DNA of 64,000 nucleotides. Source: a virus. Its lineage: Duplodnaviria; Caudoviricetes. Location of the stretch: the IMG/VR virus record IMGVR_UViG_3300023259_000001, positions 1 through 64,000 of that record; one strand, 5' to 3'. This document shows, one piece after another, positions 37,123-49,100 of this stretch (positions within the stretch are counted from its first letter, which is position 1; every line of letters begins with the position of its first letter). The notes below the pieces were generated by a model. That model saw only the letters and a list, made by a program, of their open reading frames with translations, was not told the origin of the DNA and searched no databases. A program made the translations under genes and the position numbers.

Positions 37123-40100
37123 TTAGTGTCCCGCGGCTTCCCTGCGCAGCGCCTTCTCCCGCTTCTCTGGGCTGGAGGCATTCTGCACGATCCCCTGAGT
37201 GACGGGGTTCAGGTCGGCAGCCATCCGCCACCAGGCGTTGCCCACCCTCCCCTTGTCGCTACCGAGGAATCCGGTATGCTCGCCCACGTCGCCATAGAAC
37301 GCGTTGAGCTCGCGGATCGAGGCGCCGATGGTGGCTCCAACTTCCGACGCATAGCCGGCGTGTTTCTGCGCAGGCGCGGAAGAGAGCGCCGGCATCAGGC
37401 CACCCATGAATCCAGGCTTGCGCGTGTTGGACGTCGCAGGCATCAGCTTGGGGCCGGGCTCCACATAGGGCTCATAGCCTTGGCCCAACAGCCCGCTGCC
37501 CAGCACGAACATGGCGTGCGAGGCGGGGCCTTCCATGGGATGCGCCAGGCTGTTGGAGATATCGGAGAAGGCAGATTGCGCCATCTGCGCGCCAGTGCCA
37601 CCGCCTTGCATGGTCTGGAATAGTTGCGGCACGCCGAATAGGCGGGCGCCGCGGGCCGGTAGGGGGTTGTACCAATCAAAGTTCAGATAGCCCACTTCCG
37701 GACCGGTTCCCCACATGGCATTGCCCAGTTTCGAATGCCGGTACTGATCGATATAGCCGTTGCCACCGCCGACCGGGATGGAGAACAGTTTGGCGCGCTT
37801 GTCTTCGAGCGGCCAGTTGCCGGTGAGTAGCTTGTAGCCGATCACCCAGAGCGCCACGGCCATCATGCTCGAGGCCGCCCACATCCATGCGCGCGCTTCG
37901 GGCGTCATCTTGCCATATGGCCCTTTCCCGCCGGCGGCCAGGGGAGCCCCGGTGTAGGAGTCCACGGCGTTTACCATGCGCGTCATACCGGCGGTTGCAA
38001 ACGGGCCCATGCCGATGCGCTTGATGAATTTCTCGATCTCGCCCTGGAATTCCGGGGTGTAGTTCCCGAGCTGATTGACGAAGTGGTACAAGTTGCTGGG
38101 GGTCTGCTCCTCGGCGGGGAATGCGGCCGTGAAAATGTCGTGCATCAGGATGCGCGCGCGGGCGTCGAGCCCTTTCGGCCCGAACAACAGGGGGCCGAAA
38201 GAGGCGCGCTCGACCTTGGCGCCGGTAGCCTCGGCGAATTCTTTCGAATACGTCACCTTGCCCGATCGCGCCGGCATGGCGCCGGCCTGCGCCATCTTCT
38301 GCAGCTTGGCGATGTTCTCCGGGGTGGTGGGATCGGTCGCCAAGAGCTTGCCGCGGATAGCCGCCCACTTGATGAGCGGCAGAGAGAGCGCTTTGTCCAG
38401 ACCGGAGTTGCCCAGGAAGGGTGTGTTGGAATAAAGCGCGCCCATGACGCCGGCCGAGTGAAACAGGAATTCGTAGGGGCCCTTGGTGGCCAGCATGTTC
38501 GCCCAGGCCATCATTTTGGCTACGTCGTTCGGGTCGCTGGGTTCTTTGGCCAGGATCGGCCGTAAGCCCCGCTCCATGAACTTCGGCATAACTCCGAAGC
38601 TGGCCGGGATATGGGTAACCTTGCCGTTCTGGATCACCAGTCTGGCCTGCCCGGTTTCGACTTGCGCGCCTTCGCGGACCTCGCCGTCCGGCCCTTTGAA
38701 CGTTCCGTCCCAGTTGCCGGGCTGGGGCTTGAGCCAGGCGGTCTCTCGCAGCGTCTTGATGAGCGTGGCCTTGTCGTTGGCACGGATCGCGGAGGCGAGG
38801 CGCCGGGCGAAATCCTCCATGTGCACGGAGTAGCCCCCCGAGGATAAGCCGGTGGCAAAAGCGTTCGCGATGTTCTTGGGCGGGTGGTACGGCAGGCGCC
38901 GGCCCGGTCCCGCCATGGTCTGTTTGTCCACCGGTATCAGCGGGTAGTAGGTGTCGAGCGGTCCCAGCGCATCCGAGAACACACCTTCATTGAGCGCGTG
39001 ATTCTGCGCCATCACCGCTTCCACCTGGTCTTTGTAGATCTGGTGCGCCGCAGCTACTCCCGGGTTGGATTTGATGAGGCCGCGGACGTGATCGAAGGCT
39101 GGCGCTGGCATCACCCGCTGCACGCGCTCCGCGGCATCGTGGAAGGTGTTCTCGAGGAATTCGCGGAGCGTGTCCCAGTCCTTCGCCTCAGCCAGGGCCG
39201 CGGCGGTCTGTCCCAGGTCCTGCGCCAGGCCGGCGCGCCCTTCGATGTTCGAAAGCAGTTGCAGGGTCGGGTTGGGGCGCTCGCTCGAGTACTTGCCGTA
39301 GACGAAATCCTTCAGGTCTTCTTCCGTCATCTCGGCCGCCTGGTCGGCAAAACCGTTCCAGCGATCCTGGATGCCGTCGAGACGGGACTGATCGTAAGCC
39401 GTGGCGAGCGTGTCCCAGGTGACGGGAGAGCCTTTGAGCGCCTTCATGATCGCTGGCATGGCCGAATGCAGGACTGTGGAGGCCTGCGACATGGATCCGC
39501 CGGTACGGAGGGCTGCTTCGAATACTTTGCTCGAAGCGTTCTCCACTTCGGCCAGGGATTGGCCGGGCTGCAGGATGCGCTTCAGGCCGCCCATGGAGCT
39601 GTAGTTGGCTTTGGGGGCGTCGTCTTTGCCGAATTTGCGCACCAGGGCGTCGGTCAGATCGGTGAGCATGGGCGCGGAGCCGCGCTCGCCGCTGTTGGCT
39701 GGACCGCCGATGGCGCTTGCAGCGCCCGGCCATTTGTTTGCCCATTGTTTGGCAAAGTGCGCATAAACTTCTTTTGGGGCCACGCCCACGGAAAGCACGT
39801 CGTGGCTCAGCGTGTCGATTTCTACCTCGCCCTTCGTGCTGATTAGCGCGGTGCCTCTTTGGATCTTGTCGAATTTCGGTCCATAGCTAGGCAGCCCGAT
39901 TTGCTCAAACCAGTCGGGATGGTTGATGAATGCGGTGCGCTCTTTGCTGGCGACCTCCCCGTCTGGCTTGATAGCCCACATGAACTCTTTAGGGGAACTC
40001 GGCCAACCTGCGGCGTTGCCCCTCTTGATCCACGGCGCATCCGCCGGCGTCCCGCCATATTCTCCCCGTAGCAGGTTTGTCCCGGAGGGCTGCAAGTATG

Positions 40101-43100
40101 CTTGCGGGTTGGCGAGGAATTGCCCAGTCTCATGCGGCGGGACTACCGCCATGCCTTCAGGGGTGTCGATGTGGATATCTTGGCCGGGGGCGCCGGCTTT
40201 GGCGGCTTGCAGGGCGCTGGAGAGTCTGGAATCAAATGATACTGGAGCCTTTCCGGTCTGGACGGATCCGCCGCGAACGCGGATGTAGCCCTGGTCCAAA
40301 AGTTTGGCTGTGGCTGTCCGGGCGTCGGCGGCGCCGGTGATCTTCATGGCTGTTTGGCCGTGGGTGGCAATGCCGTTTTCTCCGGTGAGGGGGATGGCTT
40401 TACCTTGAGGGGAGATCCATAGGCCGGGACCGCCTTGCTTGGATTCGGTGGAATCAGTGGTGTCTTCGGGGGTTTTGAAGAGATCACGGAGACGGGAGGA
40501 TTGTTTGCTTTCTATACGGGTAGGGCCACGAGAAAGATTTTTGTTTGATGCCGCCGCCGTCACATGCGTGCCGGTGGCTGGTAGGCCCTCGGGTGTCAGG
40601 CTGCTTGGTTGGTAGGCGCTGCGCTGGCCGGTTCGGGGGATGGCGAGGGCTTCGGTTCCGCCACTGGCGGGTGGCGTTCCAGGAACCATTGGATTTGCTG
40701 CCGGGTAGTCTTCTCCTGCTCCGGCGAGGATTTCTTTGGCGTAACGTGGACGAACATATTTTATGATCCCTCTCATGGGCTCGCCGTGCTTGCGAACCAG
40801 CTCGGTATGGTAGGCGCGGAAGAGTTTGACGCCCTCGCTGCGGGTCAGGCCCAATTCTCCATACCCTTCGCGCGCAAGCGTCCCGCCCACTTCAGCGTAT
40901 GCTTGTGGCAAGGTAAGGGCCGGGCGCTTCGCCAGGACGGCATTCACCGCTGTTTGAGCCAGTGGATCGCCAGCGAGGCTGGCAGGGTCCACGTGGTCCT
41001 TTTCGATGTCGCCGCGGCCCCGGAGAATTTGCTGGCGGTGAAACTCTTCCTCAATACGGGCATCCCGCAATCTGGCGGCCGGTAGATCGCCGTCCAGCAA
41101 AACGAGCGGACCGGTTGCGGCCCGGCTGCTGGCCACAGCATCGCGAATTCTTTCAATACGTGCCGCAGCATCAGGCTCCGAATCGGTTGCCGCGAAGGCC
41201 GTCAGCGTCTTTTCGAGATCCCGCGCTACGATGTGGCCGACAGTTAGCCCGTCGAAGTCCGGCGCATTGTATCCAGCCCGCTGAAACGCGGCCATGACGA
41301 TTGTGCGGGCCGCCTCATTCAGGTAGACTAGGCCCGGCGTGCCCGGTATCAGGGCTTCGTATTTGGCGTCTGCCGAACGAAAGAAGGGCTGGTGCCCGAG
41401 ATGGACTGGGGATTGTTCGAGCTTGGGGCGCTCCAGAATCGCCCTTTCGGATTGCCAGAGATTCGCCGCCGTCACATCCGTGCCGGTGGCTGGTAGACCC
41501 TCGGGTGCCGTGCTGCTTGGTCCTTGCTCACCCGCCGCTTCCTCCGCTGCCGCAGGCTCAGCCAGTTCCGCCGCTGCCGCCTGCTGGTCCGCCGCGTCGG
41601 TTTGCAACTCCTTGGCGAGCGCAGCCTGCCGCTGCAAGAGATTCTTCAGCTTGGCATCCTGTTCGAAGGGCTTGCCCAGCAGATCGTTGGTATCGGCCAG
41701 TTTGCGCTGGGTGTCCGTGATATTGGACTGCGCCGCCTCGGCATGGCGGTCGATGTTGCGGATGGCGCTTTCGATGCTGGCCAGCGTTCCCAGGGGAGCG
41801 TCGGGGTTGGTGTTGGCCGAATAGCTCCAGTTGCCCTTGATCTCGATATCGGGGAGCGGTTGCGGCTCTAGCCCCCTCGTGGTCATTCCCGGCTGCCGAT
41901 ATCTAGTTTCGAGCGTGAAGCCCCGGTAATTGCCGAAGGCGATAGGTTCGCGCGAATCCTTCGCTGCGTTGAGAACCTTGGCGATGGCCGCGGCGGCGTT
42001 CTTGCGCGCGTCCTCCCCGGCGAAAGTGCGCTTGCCCACGGCGAACTCGGCCGGCGACTGCTCGCGCAATGCGATGTCGCCCTGGAACTTGGCGAGCGCC
42101 TGCTGCTCCGCGCGGATGCGCAAGGGTAGAGACGCGGACTCGCGCTTCAGGTCGGCCTGCTGCTTGTCGTGGCGCGACCGCATGGCGTCGAGCTTGCGCA
42201 CCTCGGCGTCAATGACGGTCTTCTCGCGGATGGCTGGATTGCCGGAAGCGATCGCCGCGACCTCGGCGTAGGTCAGCGCGGAGTCGGCCACGTCGTCGGC
42301 GGTGCGGATGCTGACTTCGCCTCTGATGACTTGGCCGATAAATTGCGCCTTGGTCTTCAGGGTGTCCCACATCTTCGCGTCGAAGCTGGGTTCGGTGACG
42401 TACTGGTAGATTTCGACTTCCGGGTTTTCGTTCCCCTGCCGCAAGATGCGGCCTTCCCGCTGCTCAATGTCCCGTGGGCGCCAGGGCGCGTCGAGATGGT
42501 GCAAGGCAATCAGGCGCTTCTGGACGTTGAGCCCCACGCCCATCTTTTGCGTGGAGCCCATCAGCACCCGGATGCGACCGGAGTTCACGTCGTGGGAAAG
42601 CTGGGCGGCTTCCTCTGTGCCGGTGGCGTCATGGATGAATGCCACTTCCTTGGCGGGGATGCCGCGCGCGATGAGCTTGGCCTTTACGTCGTCGTAGACG
42701 CTGAACTTGTGTTTCTGGCCTGGCTCGGCAGGTTTCGAGAAGTCGAGGAATACGAGTTGCGCGCTGCGGTTGGCCTTGCTGTCCTTCCAGATCCGGACGA
42801 TCTGGTCCACGGCCTTATTCGTTTTCGAGTCCCGGAAATCTTCCTCGCCGGGATCGACCAGGCGCATGTCGAGCGCGGACTTTCTCCCGTCGGTCGAGAC
42901 CTTCAGCATGTTGTCGATGCGCGGGTCTTTGACCTTGCCGCTCTTGATGTCGTTGGCGCGCGCCGCCAGGTCCTTCAGGTACGCCGTCTGCGCGGGACTT
43001 GCCGGCGCCGCTATGGTCGTGCGCTGGCCGCCCTTCAGCCGCGGCACGGGCAGTTTCAACATGCTGGCGGTTTGCACGTCGGCCATGAGCCGGAAGCCGG

Positions 43101-46100
43101 AAACCAACTCTGGGATGTTGACGAACTTCGCAAACCGATTCGTCATGCGGAAGCCGGAAGCGTCCGGCGAGACTTCCAGCGTCGGCACTACTTCGCCGAA
43201 CGTGTTGGCCCAGGCGTCGAAGTGCTGCAAGCCATGCTCGCGCAGATAGTCCGGCTGCAGGTACCGCTGCATGGTCCACATCTCGGCCATGGTGTTCGCT
43301 ACCGGGGTGCCAGTGGCGAAGACGATTCCACGCCCGCCGTTGCGCTTCGCAATGGTCTGGGTCTTGATGAACATATCGAAGGCGCGCTTCGATTCGGTAT
43401 TGGGCAGTCCCCTTACCCGCGTCATCTTGGTAGGGAAGAACAGGTTCTTGAAGTTGTCAGCTTCGTCCACAAATAGGGAGTCGACGCCCAACTCCTCGAA
43501 GCCGATCCCTGTGTCCTTCGCTTCGCGGTCGGCCTTGCCGCGCAGCTTCGCCTCCAGGCTCTTTTTGGATTTCTCCATCTGCTTAACGAGCTTGGCGTCG
43601 GCCTTTTCCGCCTTCATTTCCAGAAGGTAGTTTTCCAGGTCGGCAATTTGGTCGCGAAGGTAGGAGTTGAACGTCTCGTCGGAGACGGGCAGCTTTTCGA
43701 ACGACTCGTAGGAAACGATCACCGAATCCCAGTTGCCTGTGGCGATGCGCGCCATGACCTTGGCGCGGTTGGCCGCAGTGAACTGCTCGGGTGCCATCAC
43801 CAGGACGTTCGCGCCGGGGTACATGGCCAGGAACTCGGCGCCGGTTGGCTCGACGCGGTTCTTGGGCACCACCATCAGGGGTTTCTTGGAGAGTCCCAGA
43901 CGGCGCAACTCCATGGCCCCGCCGATCATTTCGTAGGTCTTGCCCGCCCCTACGACGTGCGCGAGCAGCGTGTTGCCGCCGCTCGAAATGATGCGCCAGA
44001 CGGCATTCTTCTGGTGGGGACGCAGCTTGATGTTTGCGGCCATCCCCGGCAACTCCAGGTGGGAGCCGTCGTATTCGCGCAGACGGAGCGAGTTGAATTC
44101 GTCGTTGTAGAGCCTGCCCAGCGTTTCGGCGCGCTCTGGGTCTTGCCATGCCCATCCACGGAAGCGGTCTTTCAACTGCTGCTGCATCTCGCGCGCGGCG
44201 AGCGTTTCTTTCTCGTTGATGACGGTCTTCGTATCCGCGCCGCTGCCGATTATGTCGTAGGCGGTTGGCGTCTTCATGTTCAACGCCTGCTCGATCAGAT
44301 CAGTGGCGCTGAAACGGTCGGTGCCGTAGGTTTTGGAATTGGCGACGTTGTTTGCGCCCCAGCGGTCTGGCTTGACGGTCCACGTCGCCAGGGCTTCGGA
44401 ATGCGAGACGTCGACGTTGCGCGGGGAGACTCCCAGCAGTTCGGCGATGTACTGCTGAATGTATGGAGCCGGAATCCAGCTTGAGCCCATCTTGGCTTCG
44501 ATATCCTCGGGTTGGAGGTCCTTGGGTTGCACGGCTTCGAGGGCGTCCACGTTGCGCTGGAACTGCTGGCCCATAGCCGGCTGGCCTGCAACCGTGCGCG
44601 CCTCGGCGAGCTTCTGCCGCACGTTGCCAGACAGGTATTCTTCCTGCGTCTCCCAGCGGTTGCCGTTCGGGTTCTGATAGATGATTGGCCCCAGTTCCGC
44701 CTGCATCTCGGCGGGCGTGCGGCCGGTGAGGTCCTGCATGCGCATCCAGTCGATGCGGCCTTTCTCGTTGAGTGAGATGGCAAGCGCCTCCTTGGCCGAT
44801 CCGGCGCTGTCGATCCTCTTGGCCGGGCTGACGGTGCGCTCGCGGAATACCGGAGCCTTCTCGGCCTTCTTCGCCTCCGCGTCCCACTGTTCGAGCGAGA
44901 GAAGCACCGGGGCGTCGGGGTCTCCCCGGAAGGCGCTGATGTTCTGGGGTGCCGACAGGTAGCCGTTCTTCGCAACGAAGTGATCGTAAACCGTGTTGAG
45001 TTGCCGGATGGCCTTCTTGATCTCAGGCTCGGGCGCGTTCTGGATCTGGGTGCGGAAAACTTCGCGCAAGGCGTCGCGCACCTCGATCATGCCCTTGATG
45101 CGCTTCGCCTGCCATTCGGGGTTCGTGGCGGGGACGAGGCGGTCACCATGCCGCATAACGAGCTGCTTGTTGTCGTCGAGGGCGTAGGCACCGTCCTTGA
45201 CCGTCGCCTGATCGGCGAAGGATACGGGGCCGGATTGTTCATCTGGCGCTTCCCAGGCATGGACTGCGTTCTCTGGCAGTTTGGCAATCGCGGCGTCGAG
45301 TAGCTCGGGCGTCAGTTCCCCGGTGAGCGCCGCGCTTTTGTCGGCGTACATGGTGCCCAGCAGGCCCATCTGCCCCAGCATCATTTCCGGGTGGCGCGCG
45401 TAATACTCGTTGACCTCCATCGTGGTCTTGCCGATGGAGCCGTCAGGCCTTTCGGTGTTGCCCTGGATCTCGGACAGGGCCGTCCAACCTTCGCCTTTCG
45501 GTTTGTCGCCTGGGCCGCGCTTTTGCAGGAAGATGATGTCCGTTGTGACTTCGGTTCCGGCGTTGCCCTTGAATGCCGTATTCGGCAGCCGGATGGCGCC
45601 CAACAGATCGGCTTGGCTTGCGAGATACTGGCGCACGGTGCCGTCGCGCTTATCCATGGTGAAATTCGAAGTGATGAACGCCACCAGTCCGCCCGGCCGC
45701 ACCTTATCGAGGGCCTTGGCGAAAAAGTAATCGTGAATCGAGCGTGTGACAACCGGGTTGCGCTTGAATGCCGGGTCGTGGATCGCGTAGTTTCCGAACG
45801 GAACATTGCTCACCGCGGCGTCAAAGAAATTGCCGGGGAGGCGCACGGTTTCAAACCCGGCGACATGCACGTCCGTTTCGGGATAGAGCAGCTTGGAGAT
45901 GCGGCCGCTCAGCGAGTCCAGTTCGATTCCGGTGCGCCGCGAGCCTTCGGCCAGGTCCTCGGGCATCAGGCCGTAGAAGTGGCCTACGCCCATGGCCGGT
46001 TCAAGGAAGCTGGAATTGTCGCGCACGCCGAGGCGGCGCACGGCATCCCAGATTTTCGAGATCACCAGCGGTGAGGTGTAATGCGCGTTGGGGGTAGAGG

Positions 46101-49100
46101 CGCGGGCGGATTGGAATTCCTCGGGAGTCAGCAGCGCGTCCATTTCGGCGCGCACGCCCTGCCACTCGCGCGGGATGCCCCAATCGGCGAAGGGTTGCGG
46201 CATGCCGCCCCAGCCCACGTACTTGACCAGGATCTTCTGCTCCTCGGGTGTGGCGTAGCGGCCTTCGGCTTCGACGCGCTTCAAGGCGCGGATAGCTTCC
46301 AGGTTGTCGTTGGCTTTTTGACGGATGCCGCCTTCCCCGACGTGGTCCTCGGGGGTTATGCGGTAATCGGCGGGTCGATCTCCGGTTGGACTGGTCCGGG
46401 GGGTAGCTGCAATTCCTCGTCCGCCAGCTCGCTCGCCTGGCTGTGTTCCAGGCCGCTCCGCAGAAGGTTCGACAGCACCTCCGCGTATCTCCCCAGGGCC
46501 GCTAAGGCCAGCTTCTCCAGGTTCCCCTTGCGGCGCATTTGCTCCACCGCTGACGGGTTCTGTTCCCGCCACTGGTTCACGAGTTGCTGGACCTGGGGTT
46601 GCATCCGCCTCCATTATAGGCTGGTTTTCAGGTGTTGGCGCAATCCCCGGTACGGATAGTACTTTAGATAACTGCGGCGGCAGCGCCACTGGCTGCATGT
46701 CGCTTCGCACTCCGCCTTGGCTTGGACCCGCCGGATGCGCGGTGGCTTCCTGGAAGCCTGCCATGCTCGGAAGTTGCTCGGTAGCTGGTGGCTTCTGAGT
46801 AGGAGCGGCCTGGCCGAAAGGTTCAGCGGTGACGCCCTTGAATTTCTTGATGGCCGCTCTGTTTTCCGGTGTGTCCGGTGCGATCCAGGCTTTCTCTTCC
46901 TTGTTCCAGTGAACACCTTGGACGGTTTGGCGGATAAGGGCTTTTACCGGGAAGGTGTTTCCCTTGATGGCAATTTGAGCGGGACCAGCAGCCGGAGAAA
47001 GATCAGGCGTTGCTGCCGCCGTGGTCGCCGCCGCGCCCCCGGCTGGTACAACCTCGGGTGCCGCGCCCCGGTACAGGTATTGCTCAAACTGCTCCCGATC
47101 GAACTTCTGCACCGAGTCATCCGGCATCTTGGCCGTGATGTTGTAGACCTCGCGCGTGCCTCCGCCGATGGGCGCCCACTTGCCTCCAGGACCGCCCGGC
47201 ATAATGGGCTGCATCAGGAACGCCGTCTCCTCCTGAATGGTGAGCGAGCCGTCCGGCACCTTCACTTTGTCGCCGGTGCGCAGCCCTTCCCAGAACGTGC
47301 GGAACTGTTCCGGCGCCGGGATCAGTTGGGGTATGTGGTCTTCCACTTCGGCCCGCATGCGCTGACTCGCGTATGTGCGCACCGCGCCAGGCGCGACGCT
47401 GCGCAACTGCTTGTCGATTTCCTTGTACCGGCCCTCGTAATTCTTGCGCGCTTCCTCGGTTCCAGCCTTGATCTGCGCGCGCCGCTGGTCCGCGCCTCTC
47501 TTGCCGGCGACATCCTCCAGCCTGGCGGGTTCGCCGTCGATGAATGCCTTGGCGGATTTCTGGGCGAAGCGGATGGCCTCGTAATAGGCGTCCGGGGTTT
47601 TGAAGTGCGCCTGTAGAGCGGCGTCGGCTTGCGGCGTGAATTCGAGATTGAGGCGGTTGGCGGCTACGGGCTGCGGCTCCGGAGTTGCCGCCGCGCCCCC
47701 GGCTGGTTCCAGTTTCTTTACCTGCGAAACAGGTACATACGCCTCAATCCGCCCGATTGGCACGCCGCCCGCATGGGCGATCTGGTCGGTGTCGATATCG
47801 ACGGTGCCGCCGTTCTCGTCCGGCACCCACTTCTGGGCGGCTTGGTCGAAGCGGTTAGGCTCGATGCTGCGTATTGTTCCAGTGAGCTGCTTGCCGTTGC
47901 GAGTGAAGCTGACGCGATCACCTTCCTGGAAGCCCGCGGGCTTGCCTTCCAGCTTGATATCCGTCTGCTTCCCGTTCTTGTCTGAAAAGCTGACCGTATC
48001 CAGCTTCACTTGCTGCCCCGTCACGCCTGGAACACTCAGCCCGTCGTACTGCTTTCCTTCGCCCGGTTTCAAATAGGCGATGGTTACATGGGGTTGGTAG
48101 GAAGGATGGGTGTCGGTATGAGGTAATTGGCTAACGATGGAGTTCAATCGATGCAGGTCTGGAGATTCGACGTCCACTTTGAGCACGTCGGCATCGGGAG
48201 TTTGGAATAAGGAGGCTTTACCGAGGGTTGCGGTGATGGGACCTTCGTTGGCCAGGAGCTTCTGGACTTCAGCGGGATCTTCACCATGAAGGCCGAATTT
48301 CACGGTGATGTGGGGCTGGGCCTCTCTTCCATCGGCAGCCAGTTTCTTGGCTGGGATAGTCTTACCGAAATTGACGACAGCTTTCGAGGCAGGGCCGGAT
48401 AGGTTGGCTTGGGTGCTTGCGAAATCAAACTTGGGAGCGGGTTCATTGCTTGCAGCCTGCGGAGACGAAACCTCCGGTTTCTTCCCCGCGCCCCCTTCTT
48501 CCCCTAACGCATCTGCCGGGATGACGCTCTGTGGCGCGGCGGGAAACTGTACCGAGGTGCTCGGTGCCGCTTGGGAAACAGGTGCCGCAACGGGTCTACC
48601 AGCCACGGGCGCGGCTGCGACCGGGGCGGCAGCAACATATGATGCTTGTCCTGGAACTGGTTCGGCTGCTGGAGTTGTCGGCAGACTTGTCGGCGCAACT
48701 TGATTTGTCGGCGGACTTTTCGGCAGATTATCCCATGCTGTATCTGCATGCCTTGCAATGAACACTCCATCTTGTGAAGTGTTCGCTACCGGCGTCATTT
48801 CCATGGCTTGTGGATCAATTCTCCACATGGCAGTCGGTCCCATGTGCTGCCGCTGCAACATGGCCGGGGTCGAGATCTCTCCGGATGCCGGCGCGCCGTT
48901 GGCAAACCACGCCTGTGCTGTGTGGACGCCAATCGAATGCGTCAAAAGCAAAGGCCGCTCGCCCGGCCGCCACGAATCGATGGCCTGCTGAAGGCCGCCG
49001 ATGAACCTGCCCCTGAAATCGTTGAACGACTCGCCGCCCGGGACGGCTTCGTCCGGCTTGTTGGCGATGTAATCGTTGATCTGCGGGTTCACGTCCGACT

